The notes beneath the pieces are model-generated. The model saw only the letters and a program-made list of their open reading frames with translations. It searched no databases and was not told the origin of the DNA. The translations under genes and the position numbers were made by a program. Below, one piece after another: positions 37,881-50,134 of a DNA stretch of 64,000 nucleotides (its first letter is position 1; each line of letters starts with the position of its first letter). The stretch is from Octopus vulgaris (Eukaryota), in assembly GCA_951406725.2 (NCBI GenBank), contig OX597828.1, positions 14,694,001-14,758,000 on the forward strand, written 5' to 3'.

Positions 37881-39766
37881 CGTAAAAGAGAGTAAAGAGA
37901 TGCAGTTACCCTGTTTAAAACAGAGTGAAGTTTACATATTTTGAGTATGGATGGTTTGACAGGAGCAGGCAAGATGGAGGGCTGCTCCACACTCCAGTCG
38001 TCTGTTTTGGCATGGTTACTATCGCTGGGTGCTTCTTACATGGCACCATCAAGGATGCTTTTTTTATGTGGTGCCGGCAGAACTTTTATCCCTGATGAGA
38101 GTGTGGTAACAAACGGAAACAGTTGGCCAGCTGTTAAGAGCCAAATCTCAATAAATATATCTACCACACCCTACAGTTCTCCACTGCAACATTGTCTTGA
38201 GCATTTCATCAAAACTAAATCTCACATATAAATAAAATCCCTTACATTAGTTTATTTCCCTTGCCCTACAATTTTCTCTGCTCCCTATTCCTACATTCAT
38301 GCTACCACTTTCACTGATTTCTCCTTAGAAATCGCCATTAAAAAAAAAAGGGGGGGAGACAACCCATGCACAACTGCGATAATCTGACAAATAAGAGTAG
38401 TGCCCCTTCCATTTTCTGAAGAGCATCCGTACTTCTAACGTTATCTTCACAGAAAAAAAAAATCAGCAGGAATATATACAGGCACAGGCATTCGTTGAAG
38501 TTCCACTTTGCAACAACATGCTTTCTAGTTCTATCCCGCAGCGTATCACCTTGATCAAGTGTTTTATATTGTGGCCTTGAACCGATCGCAGGTTTGTATG
38601 TGAATTCAGAAGACAGAAACTGAATATATCAAAATAAATTAGTAGTAATTGATGGACAGGTGCCAATTCATTAGAGCCGTTTCTAACGAATTTTTTTAAT
38701 TGATCAATGAGTACCCTATATCATTATAAGAAACCTTTTTCTCCAGATGAATACATGAACTTTATAATCGAGGGCATTTAAAATAATTTTAAATCCATGG
38801 CACATACATATTTAGTGATTCTGTGACTGGCTCTTGCTGACCTAACCAGGTGCCTCAACTTTAAGTACCTTCTTTAACAGAATCTGGTTATGCTATATTC
38901 TATATATATAGATATATATTGAAAAAAAAGGAGCCAGTCAGAAACCTCTCTATCTATCCCCTCTTTGCTTTCCTTTCTTGATTGCCCTGCTCCTTATCTT
39001 TCTTTCTCCCTCCCTCAAAAACAAAAACATTTTCTCCTTTTCTAAGCAAAGCGAAAAAAAAAAAAAAAACTCCTGATTCACATAAAAGAACAAGAAAACG
39101 TTCTGTTTTTATCCTTTTGGTTTTAATTTTTACCTTGAGTTCAGTTCGACGAACAAAAACACTACTAAATTATCCAAGATTCTAACAACCACCGTTTTTT
39201 TAAAAAATACAATATCTGTACACCACTTCAAACACTATACATACATACATACATACATGCATATATGGAAATGCATGTGTATATCTATAAACACACACAC
39301 AGAGATCTACAATTTTTTGTGGTTTTTCTTACAAGCTACTCATTGGATCATAATTTTCCACACAACTTCATAGGTTTGAACCCAAGATACAAATATAATC
39401 ACATTTCTAGAGGAAATGTCTAAAGAATGAAATGAATTATACAAGAAAGTGTTTTCACTGTATTTTCTAATTAAAACCAAGGAATTATATCGAATCAATA
39501 TTTCTATATTATATATTGAATGCATGCCTATATGACTACACAAAAAATTATATAAAGAAAAATAATAATAGTTAAGCACTTAATCCAGCAATGTGTAATT
39601 AACAGATAATACTTAATCATTTAGCTACATATAAAGCATAACAATAGAGTTAACAGTTGTTTATCGAGGACTATTCAAGCTCTTAAACTAACATATTTTA
39701 CATCATAATATAAACGGAACATTAAAAAAGGGTTGGGTTTGTTTTTACATTATGATCTCTACTTAC

Positions 39767-39842
39767 AACTTCATCTCTGTTTCAATAGCATGTATTCGCT
39801 TTCTAAGGTTTGTACATTCCTCTTTTAGGGAGTTCAATTCAC
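39767..39842 (-). CDS. SLMAP: SLMAP-like exon (SELNSLKEECTNLRKRIHAIETEMKL), 76 nt, phase 1-2
   Basis: TTTTTACCAG / GTAAGT; frame joins both neighbours. Confidence 0.88.
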
Positions 39843-41059
39843 CTGGTAAAAAGGTAAAAAAAATTATTATTTTTAAGAAATTGTTTCAAAAATATTATAA
39901 ATCATCATTATCATCATTTAAGGTTTGTTTTCAATGCTGGCATGGGTTGGATAGCTTGACAGGAGATGGCAAAACCAAGGGGTGCCCCAAGCTGAATAGA
40001 GTATAGTGTGTGCTTTTTATGCAACACCAGTGTCTATTTTTGTGGTGCCAGCACCAGTGCTTTTTTTTTCGTGGCACCAGGACCAGCATCATTGCTTTTT
40101 ATGTGGCACCATCACCATAACTTTTTACATAGCACCAGTGCTTTTTATGTGACACCAGCACCAATGCATTTTTTTTTTGTGACACAGTAATTTAGAAGGA
40201 AGGGTTTAGTTGACTACATCAACCCCAGCACACAAGTGGTACTTTACTTTATCAGTCCCTGAGGGATTAAAGGCAAAAATGACCTAGGCTGCATTTGAAC
40301 CCAGAATGTAAAGAGCTGGAAGAAATATAGGCACGTAAAAAGCACCCACTACACTCGCGGAGTGGTTGGCGTTAGGAAGGGCATCCAGCTGTAGAAACAC
40401 TGCCAGATCAGACTGGAGCCTGGTGCAGCCCTGGCTTCCCAGACCCCAGTCGAACCGTCCAACCCGTGCTAGCCCGGAAAACGGACGTTAAACGATGATG
40501 ATGATGATATTCATTCCAAAACTGTAATGATTCTGCCAGCTTTCCACCTTAATACATGCTTCTGATTTAAGCACAAAGTCATGGAAACATGTGGCTAAGT
40601 GGTTAGGGTGTTCAGCTCACAATTGCAAGGTCACAAGTTCAATTCCTGACTGCACGCTATGTCCTTCATCAAGACAACTTATTTCATGCTGTAGGATTCA
40701 TTTCCAATATCTATTTGGAAATCTTGAAGCAGCCAGTGTTTCATCTGCCACCACCATCACCAACAATAACAGGGCTGTTTGTATTATTTCACTTGGTAAT
40801 TAATATTCAAAGCTATTTCTAAAATACTCCAATATTAACTCTCTTTTTTTGTTTTACTATTCGAGATAGTAAATAAAATGCTTAATAATAATGGTTTCAA
40901 ATTTTGCCACAAGGGCAGCAATTTTAGGGGAGGGGGTGAGTCAATTACATCAACCCCAGGGGTTCAACTGGTACTTATTTTATTGACCCCCGAAAGGCCG
41001 AGAGGTAAAGTTGACCTCAATGGAATTTGAACTCAGAATATAGTGACAGGCAAAATACC

Positions 41060-41392
41060 TGTTTCTTTACTACCCACAAGGGGCTAAACACAGAGAGGAC
41101 AAACAAGGACAGACGAACGGATTAAGTCGATTACATCGACCCCAGTGCGTCACTGGTACTTAATTTATCGACCCCGAAAGGATGAAAGGTAAAGTCGACC
41201 TCGGCGGAATTTGAACTCAGAACGCAGCGGCGGACGAAATACCACAAAGCATTTCGCCCGACGTGCTAACGTTTCTGCTAGCTCGCCGCCCTTTTTTTTT
41301 TTTTTTTTTTTCCATCAGTCTCAAGAACCAGAATGTATACCCTCCATGTATGTGGCAAAATCAGGTTATACAAGATAGAGCTCATCCTCTGG
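41060..41392 (-). mobile_element. Chimeric retro-insertion: 81-nt RNA + A20 + young Meta-core SINE, inside an older SINE
   Basis: 15-bp TSD GACAGGCAAAATACC at 41045-41059 and 41393-41407 encloses all three parts. Confidence 0.85.
41312..41392 (-). ncRNA. Retrocopy of a candidate box C/D snoRNA
   Basis: CCA-G-AGGATGA (box C, 1 mismatch)...CTGA (D')...ATGGAGG (C'-like)...CTGA (D)-TGG, terminal CCA/TGG stem, followed by oligo(A). Confidence 0.4.
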
Positions 41393-41489
41393 GACAGGCA
41401 AAATACCACTAAGCATTTCATCTGGCAGGCTAATAATTCTGCCAGCTCGCCGCCTTCATAATAATAATAATAAAAATAATAATAATTAC

Positions 41490-41606
41490 TTTTGTTTTTA
41501 GCTGTGGGTCTGTGCGTAGATTCATGTGAGCTCTTAACATGAGGAGAATCTCGTTGACGAGTGTTTTTATCAGTGTCTATTTCATCTTGTAATGTCTTTA
41601 CTTTGT
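41490..41606 (-). CDS. SLMAP: SLMAP-like exon (NKVKTLQDEIDTDKNTRQRDSPHVKSSHESTHRPTAKNK), 117 nt, phase 1-1
   Basis: TTTTATTTAATTAG / GTAATT; open in the running frame. Confidence 0.78.
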
Positions 41607-42289
41607 CTAATTAAATAAAAAGATAACATAAAAAGATTAATAACAAAAAATAATGAAAAACCATAATTACAATTTCTTTTCAATAATAATAATAATAGCA
41701 GTCTATACTTCCTGGATGAATAATCACCATTTGCGTTTTTGTAAAGTTACTACCATTAATAATTTTATTGTATCTGAGAGCATAAAAGATGCATGGGTAT
41801 ATTAGACACATTTCAACAGTGCACATTCCGAAAAAAATTGTTTTTAGTTACAAAGGCCCAACTTTGCATAGAGGACCAGAAGTTCTTTTGTTTTTTAAAG
41901 ACTAATTTTGATATTAAGAAAGAAAAAAAACCGTACATCTTATATGCTTTCAAGTTCAATATTACTGTTAAAAACTCATCTCAAAAATGTTGGTATGGAA
42001 CAACATTCTCAAAAATCTAAATTAAATAAAATGCCTTATTAAGGTAAATTTATAATTTAAATTAATGCATCATTGAAATTAAATTCTGAATTAAAAATGT
42101 GAAAACAGCTGCTCAAAACTGTAGTTGATCTGTATCGAAATCTTAACTCCACAAAATATGTTTAAATGTTAAATCATTAAACATTTTGAGACATAAATTA
42201 TGAAATATAAAATTTTAAATGATTAAATATTCGTAAATTATTCCTTGCTTGAAGAAAATCAACAAATGCAGAGAAACTTCAGCACTTAC

Positions 42290-42352
42290 TCTTCAATTGT
42301 TCTGCTTCATTTCGGCTCTGTTTAGCACTTTGGAGCGCCTCCTGCAGCAATC
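42290..42352 (-). CDS. SLMAP: SLMAP-like exon (RLLQEALQSAKQSRNEAEQLK), 63 nt, phase 1-1
   Basis: CTTATATAG / GTAAGT; heptad-like. Confidence 0.85.
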
Positions 42353-42499
42353 CTATATAAGAGATATATATATATATATATGTATACGAGTCTTAATATG
42401 TAACTCAATCTCAACAAATATAACAGATAATTACATTAACAAATGATTTTTAACCTTGACACAGAGGCACAAATTTTGGTAAGATATGAAGAGACCAAC

Positions 42500-42860
42500 A
42501 CCAACATCAAAATAAAAATCAAATGGAAATTGTAGTTAAGATACCCGTGCCGGCGGCACGTAAAAAGCACCATCCAAACGTGGCTGATGCCAGCGCCATC
42601 TGACTGGTGTCCGTGTTGGTGACACATAAAAGGCACCAACCGATCGTGGCCATTTGCCAGCCTCCTCTGGCACCAGTGCCGGTGGCACATAAAAAGCACC
42701 CACTACACTCACGGAGTGATTGGTGTTAGGAAGGGCATCCAGCTGTAGAAACACTGCTAGATCAGATTGGAGCCTGGCGCAGCCTCCTGGCTTTCCAGAC
42801 TCCAGTCAAACCGTCCAAACCATGCTAGCATGGAAAACGGACGTTAAACGATGATGATGG
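42500..42860 (+). mobile_element. Abundant short retroelement with RTE-like 3' tail ending (GAT)n; representative copy
   Basis: GGCACGTAAAAAGCACC repeats then GGCATCCAGCTGTAGAAAC...CCCATGCTAGCATGGAAAACGGACGTTAAACGATGATG; similar copies near 26950, 28740, 30870(-), 40330, 52170, 54480, 56670 and 57640. Confidence 0.8.
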
Positions 42861-43598
42861 TATAATCTATTAAATCAATCAACACTAGCACTTGCCTGGT
42901 TCTTAGCTGATTAGCCACAGAAAGATGAAAGGCAAATTTAGCTCCCATAGGATTCAAACTCAGGAAAAGAAGAGACCTTAGCTAAATACCACAAGGCATT
43001 TCATTAGTTTCTCAACTGATTCTGATATTAACCATTCTATCATAGTCTCACATTAAAACAAATTAAACAAATATTAAATATGGCTGCAAATTTAAATTAA
43101 ATCTAAACATTAAAAAAAAAAAAAAAATCAAGGAATTGAGATTGCCAAATGAATAAACTGTTAACCTAGAACCCTGTACCTTGGGCACAGGATCGAGAAA
43201 CTTTTATGATCTCACACTTGGTTGTGCAGAAAGTCTAAAGTTGTGCTGCTTTTCTTCATTATCTCAGTTTTTTCTGAACATTTGAGTGACAACAGAACCT
43301 TCATCATCATTTAATGCCTGTTTGCCATGCTGGCACCAGTCAGATGGCAAGTCCATGGGCCACACCAGGTTCCTTAGTCTGTTTTGGCTTAATTTCTATA
43401 ACTGGATGCCTTTCCTCCTGTCAATCACTGTACAGATTATACTGGGTGCTTCTTACATGTCACCATCACCAGTGCTTTTTACATGATACCAGCATAATAA
43501 TAATAATAATAATAATAATCCTTTCCACTAGAGGCACAAGGCCTCAGATTAGGTGAGAGGGGACCAATCAATTACATCGTCCCCAGTATTTTACCGGT

Positions 43599-44069
43599 AC
43601 TTTTACTCCCTCTACGCGATCAGGTTCGGTCGTCTTCTCCGGGCCATCAGAGAACGCGCCAACGACGGCGCATAATACCGCCGCGCGTAAGTGGACTCAT
43701 TGGCCAGATCCGAGGACCTCACCAGACCGTTCGATCGGTAGTAGCGATGGGCAGTGTGTACAAAGGGCAGGGATGTGAACGATGCAGGCTGATGACCCGC
43801 ACCTACTGGGAATTCTTCCTTCACGGGGTTGGTTCCAGGCCCCGATCCCTATCACGGGAGGTGGTTCAGAGGTTTCCCGACCCTCTCGGGCTGGGGGAGA
43901 CGCACCTGCTGATACCTCCAGTGCAGCGCGTGTGCGGTCCTGGACGTCTAAGGGCATCACAGACCTGTTATCGCTCTGCCTTGTGCAGCTTTCTGCTGCC
44001 CGTCCCTCTAAGAAGTGCTGCATTCACCAACCAACTGGCCCGGACGTGACAGCATGCCGCCACCAGGCT
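43599..44069 (-). pseudogene. 18S rRNA 3'-region fragment embedded in a SINE
   Basis: Conserved motifs TCTAAGGGCATCACAGACCTGTTAT, GA[T]GGGC[A]GTGTGTACAAAGGGCAGGGA and ACTTTTACTCCCTCTA; GC-rich island; CpG-type substitutions. Confidence 0.93.
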
Positions 44070-44254
44070 TGACCCTGAAAGGATGAAAGGCTAGGGCAAC
44101 CTTGGTGGAATTTGAACTCAGAACACAGCAACAAGCAAAATACTGCTAAAGATTTCGTCCAGCTTGCCAGTTAATAATAATAATAAAACAATAAATGGGG
44201 GTGATGATAAATTTATGTTATTATTACAAGAAAAAAAAAAAACACATCACTTAC

Positions 44255-44317
44255 GTTTCTTTTCAATTAGTTCGTCAAATGTTTCTTTGTGCTTAGACTT
44301 CTCAACATCTAATTGAT
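44255..44317 (-). CDS. SLMAP: SLMAP-like exon (xQLDVEKSKHKETFDELIEKK), 63 nt, phase 1-1
   Basis: TTTTTCTATTTAG / GTAAGT. Confidence 0.85.
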
Positions 44318-45073
44318 CTAAATAGAAAAAGAAAGACAGTAATTAATACTACCAATTTCTTTTTCTTTCTAGTCTTTTTCTTTTCTTTTTATATTTCTTA
44401 AATAAATGAAAATATTAGTCTAATATATATTTATCTCAACTAAGACTGGTTAAAAATATACAAACTGAAACAGAAAACAGAAAAATAAAAAAATTTAAAT
44501 TGTTGAAATTTTTAGTGCTGGAAAAAAAAAAAAAAAAAGAAGAAACCACGAGTAAATTCTACTCACTAAACAGAATTTTTGCATCGTTCACATGTCATCA
44601 TCATCATAATCACAGCCCTAAGCTATAAAGGTTGAAAATGTCAAAGTATGATATTTTACAATGTAGTTATCTTCTAAGTGTGTCGATGTTGAAAGTATGG
44701 GGGACAGAAGATGATGGTTGTACATAGGAAATGGTTTGTTATGCAAAAATTAAACCAAATCATTGTTTTTATTCAGTTTAACAACAACAACTGACCAGAG
44801 ATGAGTTGGGGTTAACAAATATATATATATATATTATCATCATTGTTTAACGTCCATCTTCCATGCATGCATGCATGGGTAGGACAGTTGATAGGAGCCG
44901 GCCAGGTAGAAGACTACCCCAGACTACTGTGTCTGTTTTGGTAGGGTTTTTACGGCTGGATACCCTTCCTAACACCTACTACTCCACAGAGTGGTTGGTG
45001 TTAACAAATGGATTATATGTGTGTGTGTGTATTTAGAGTTTTTGAAGTGATGTACAGATATTGTATATTTAGA

Positions 45074-45246
45074 ATAATAAGGTAATCAGAATGTTGGATG
45101 ATTATATATATCTTTTTTTTTATTATTTATTCACATCTTATTTACATTTTTAGTGCTTTCTTCTGTTATTGGAAGAAAGCAATAAAAATGTAAATAAGAT
45201 GTGAATAAAAAAGTGTAATCATCCAACATTGTAACTACCTTATTAT
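45074..45246. repeat. Imperfect palindrome next to (TA)n
   Basis: ATAATAAGGTA..AATGTTGGATGATTA..TTATTCACATCTTATTTACATTTT pairs with the right arm. Confidence 0.85.
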
Positions 45247-45491
45247 ATATATAAGCATTAAAGTATATATGTGTGTGTGTGTATATATATATATATATAA
45301 ATCAAAATTAGGGTGAAAAATTGGATATTAATTTGATAACATCAATTTTAACACCAGTGGTCTAGCATATAAAAGAACTGAGATTCAGTAAATAGTATTT
45401 CATACATAAATAGAAGACCATAGCAGATCTTCTAGCATAAGGGCTTCCACATAGTGGTTAAAAAAATTCCCTCTTATATTTATGTATGAAA

Positions 45492-45540
<49 letters not shown>

Positions 45541-45556
45541 AGTGTTAGAGTGGACC

Positions 45557-45592
<36 letters not shown>

Positions 45593-45618
45593 ATGCGTAT
45601 GTTAGAGTACACCAGATA

Positions 45619-45669
<51 letters not shown>

Positions 45670-48600
45670 GTTATACACACAAGAATATACAGACCAGAGT
45701 AGTAAAACAAATGTAACACCAATACCATAAAGCTCCCTCAGAAGACAATGATACCTCAGAAACAGAGGAGTGCATCAAATAAAAGAAAAATTTTTTTTCT
45801 ACTGTAGGCAGAAGGACTACTGGGATAAGGGAAGAGGTAGTCAATTACTTCGACCCTAGTACTTGACTGGTACTTTATTTATTGGCTTCAGTGGAATTTA
45901 AACTCAGAATGTAATGAGGAGGAGGAAATACCAATAGGTATTTTGTCCGACATGTTAATGATTCTGCCACCTCACTGCCTTTGACCTAACAAAAATAATA
46001 AATAGACACAGGAATGTTCCAGAAAACCAAAAGATAAGAATCTGTAAATATTGAGAGGGTATTTTCACACATCATTTGTTAACCTTCAACATCTTTGTTA
46101 GCCAAGGGCACTTTCAAGTAGGTTTTTCAAAATGTACCAAATTCTTGTGTTAAACCTGACTTCATTTTTTTTTTTTTATTTCAAACCATAAACAATAAAG
46201 ATAACGATTTCAAAATTTTGGCTCAAGGCCAGCAATTTTTGGGGAGAGGCTAAAGTCAATTAAATCAACCCCAAAAGGATGAAAGACAAAGTCGAGCCTG
46301 GCGGCATGTGAACCTAGAATGTAAAGACGAATGAAATGCCTCTAAGCATTTTGCCGGGAATGCTAATGATTCTGCCAACTCACTGCCTTAATGATAAAGA
46401 TAATAATTTGTTACAGGCAACAGTATTAGATTAAAACAGTATCATACTAAATGCAAATACATCACAAAAGGGCAAAATAACTGCAGTATTTGTCTGGAGA
46501 CAATATTTCTTATGGACATAATGCATTTAAAAACAAACGTATCAACAGCTGACAAAAAAAAAATCATTCAACAGTGGTGATAATAATGAAAGTAAAGATA
46601 ATTAACGCTAGTTAATGTGTAAAATATTTAATATGAATATTTATTTCACAGTTTGTTGAAGGCAGTAGATTCGTTGAAGAATAGAAAATAAAAATGATTA
46701 TACCAGAATGTAGCCCTACAAATAATTTAAAGAAATTTGAATAAACAGTGTTATACAAACTTTCAAACAACAATGTAAAACAAAATTAATGGAATTCTTA
46801 TTCCATCTCATCTTTAGTCGATACATTAATAATTTATTACATAAGCTTGCAACTCAAAATTTACAGGCGAAATAATGGAAAGCTGTGGTGTGTATGGCTT
46901 CCTAAGAGCATTAGTGCACAAATGAAAGCAATCTAAAGAATTTTTTTTTAAATGGCTCAGACTCCAATCCTGGCAAAATAAGCCCTGCAACCATCTACCT
47001 GTCAGAACTGATTAAATAATACAGAAAGTACTATGAGTTAAAACATATCTACAGGCAAAAGAAAGTGCAGATTAGCAGGGAATGAAAATGCAAATCTTGA
47101 TTGAAAAGCTGACGTTTGACACAATATAACAGCACTAAGGGAAATAATTTTGTCATTCTAATTAATACAGCTAAATTTTAATCAGAAAATTCATCATAAG
47201 TGACAGAAGCCAAAAACTGATAACAATGACCTAAAATAGTTCTTAAGAAATTAACGGACATAGTTGATAACTTAGATAGTAAAAGAACTTTTTAAAAACC
47301 TCGTAAATTGAACCCTTAAAAGTAACACAAACATTGACTTAAATTATATCACCCAGTAGTCCTTATGCTCTAGTCTTCAAGGTCCTTATAATGTTTTAGG
47401 CAAATCCCTCACTCTTTAGATTACATCAGCCTATTAATTAATAATTTGAGAATGAATGTGTGTGTGTATATATGTGTGAGAGAGAGATTTTGTCTCCCTG
47501 TCTTGACATTTGTACAAGTGTCACCCTCATACATAAGTGTCCTTCATTCCCAATCTTCTGGCCTTACTTGGAAACTGGTGAGGGTTGGCAACAGGAAGGG
47601 CATCTGGCCATAGACAACCCGCCTCAACAAATTTCCCCCAGTTTATGTGAGCATAGTAAAGTGGACATTAAAACAATGATGATAATATAAAAATAGAAGG
47701 CTATCAGTCCTTTTTCATTTCAAAATAGTCTGAAATAGCATGTTCGTTTTTTTTTCTTTCATGTTAGTTGTGCAACAGAAATGTAGAAATAACATCTCAA
47801 ACAGCATTTTCTACCAATCCCAAGAGACATCAGGCAAATGAAATAAACATTGTTTTCTTGTACAAATATTTTCTGCTGTTTTCGCTTTCTTACAATGGTC
47901 TTTCAGAAAAGAAAGACCTTCACACTTTTATCTACCATTACTTACAGTCTGTCCTAACTATCAACTATGTCCTGTCACAAGCCAATAAAGGTGTCCCCTG
48001 CAGGCATTCAACTACATCGAAATAGCAGTGAAGTCTCCTTCAAATAGCCACTACCTTATCATTATTATTAATAATAATCCTTTCTACTATTGGCACAAGG
48101 CCTGAAACTTTGAGGGAGGAGGATAGTTAATTACATCAACCCCAGTGTTCAATTCGTGCTTATTTTATCAACCCTGAAAGGATGAAAGGCAAAGTCGACC
48201 TCGGTGGAATTTGAACTCAGAACGTACAGATAGACAAAATGCATTTATCCTGGCATGCTAACGATTCTACCAGCTTGCTACCTTAATAATAATAATAACA
48301 ACAACAACAACAACAACAACAACACTAGACACTATGGACTGGAATTTCTTGGGTTGTAGATCTACTCAATCAGAATTAAGCCAGAACTAAGCATTAAATA
48401 TCCTAGTTTCATCCAAGCTGAAGGGCATAATAGACCATGTGACCAAGAAATAAGTCCCTTAATATTAAGCCTTTAGTTCTGGGTTCATTACTGCAGACTA
48501 ATTACCATTCAACTGAAATTTATTCCCCAATATCAACAATGTTCCTAACATTGTTTCTCTCAGTAACAATGTCCATTTAAAATTTATATTGGTAAAAAAA

Positions 48601-48730
48601 AAAAAAAAAAAAGGGATGCTGGTAGGTAGTTAATTCTGTAGAAAGCAAGAGATACCATCACTGTACAGGATGCAGATTGATTAAGGATTGAGCCTGTATT
48701 AGTTAAAATGCACTTTCAGCCAAGACTTAC

Positions 48731-48796
48731 TTTTCAAATTAAATACTTCATCCTGCATTAACTGATACTGGTCTCCGTCTTGAAGCAGACACTCTG
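48731..48796 (-). CDS. SLMAP: SLMAP-like exon ((A)ECLLQDGDQYQLMQDEVFNLK), 66 or 63 nt (NAGNAG acceptor), phase 1-1
   Basis: CCTAG-CAG acceptor, AAA|GTAAGT donor; open and frame-preserving. Confidence 0.7.
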
Positions 48797-48920
48797 CTAG
48801 GCATAACATAAATATGCAAAGTGGATAGATGGGAGAGCAAAGTATTTAAGAAAATGAAAATAGGAAAAAACATGCAATAAGAAGTACTAGAGAGAGTAGT
48901 TGCCGATGATGACAGAGGTG

Positions 48921-48959
<39 letters not shown>

Positions 48960-49045
48960 CTGTATGTAAACATTATATTTGTGTGAGGTAAGGTATTCGT
49001 AAGAGTTGAAAATACTGGAAAATATTTTCTGCAGAGTAATAATAT

Positions 49046-49259
49046 CAAAACAGGAGATTGAAAAAAAATTTTGCTATTATTTTATTCACCATTACATGTG
49101 CTTCATTAGGTAATAGAAGTAACAAAATTGTATATATGTAGTAGAAGACATGTAAAATATTTATTAGAAATTCTTCAGACAGATAATCAAATAATATTAC
49201 CAAATGAAACATGTAATGGGAAATAAATAATACCAAAAATTTTCCAATCTCCTGTTTTG
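49046..49259. repeat. Inverted repeat (~70-bp arms) in a (TA)n-flanked segment
   Basis: CAAAACAGGAGATTG...CCATTACATGT / ACATGTAATGG...CAATCTCCTGTTTTG. Confidence 0.8.
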
Positions 49260-49775
49260 TTTATATATATATATATGTGTATATATATATAGGAAACCAG
49301 AGACAGGAATTTCAATTCAGTTTTTTAGTTCAAGCTTCCAGTTTGAAATATTCTATTGATTTTTTTCTTCTTTTTTTGAAAACCAAAAACAAGTGTGTAC
49401 GGGTGAGGAGGGGAGTGGGCATCCCGGAAAAAAAAAAAAAATCAAAAATTAATTTTCTAAACAGAAATAGGAATAAAAAAAAAAAATTTAAACAATCTAG
49501 ATTAAAAAAGAAAAAGAATTCCACTCAAATTCAGATTTAACCTTGTTTCCTCTTATTAAAAGAGGACTTTAGCTTTTCCAATTTTCCAATCCAATTTCAC
49601 AAGTTTCATTTCAGTTTTATAAATTTCAAATAGAAATTGAGGAAGGGGATTGGAGAAAAAAAGGGTAAATAATAACCAGGGAATTTCCACACTTGTCAAA
49701 AAAATATCTAAGGTTTACTTGAAAATAGACTTTGAATACCATATTTGATGGTCACAGAAGATGTATTCCTCACTC

Positions 49776-49810
<35 letters not shown>

Positions 49811-49817
<7 letters not shown>

Positions 49818-50074
49818 TTAGAGACAAAACCACTATTTTGTAAATCAAACGAGGAAAGACTTAGTAATACATAAAAAAATTTTAATATAAAGTAAATAAA
49901 TCGCCACTACAATTGTTTCCTGTCTTCAAATGACATTCATCAGGGGGATTTCATATCTTCCATTCAATTTAAAGTTATGAAGTTATTATATAATATTTTA
50001 CTATAAAATTGGATTCAATCCTAAATCTGATTTTTCCCTGTAAATTTGGATTTATTCCCTAATATTTTATTATT
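49811..50074. mobile_element. Penelope pLTR-like mini-element with inverted segment, in (TA)n
   Basis: Left part matches 8949-9049 directly; right part matches 8861-8947 in reverse; contains a hammerhead motif. Confidence 0.7.
49904..49947 (-). ncRNA. Minimal hammerhead ribozyme
   Basis: CCCC-CTGATGA-ATGTC ATTTGAA GACAG-GAAA-CAATTG-TA-GTGG: canonical core, palindromic stem III, stem I with one mismatch. Confidence 0.7.
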
Positions 50075-50134
50075 ATATATATATATATATATATATATTT
50101 ATGTATATATTACACATACATACAGACAGACAGA

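Noticed and set aside
40020-40190. Short tandem GCACCA-containing repeats
   Set aside because: Match the internal repeats of the common RTE-tailed element in reverse orientation
43599-44069. Functional rDNA or contaminant; ORFs 43612-44072
   Set aside because: Only a fragment, mutated at conserved sites and joined to host SINE halves on both sides; the ORFs reflect GC richness
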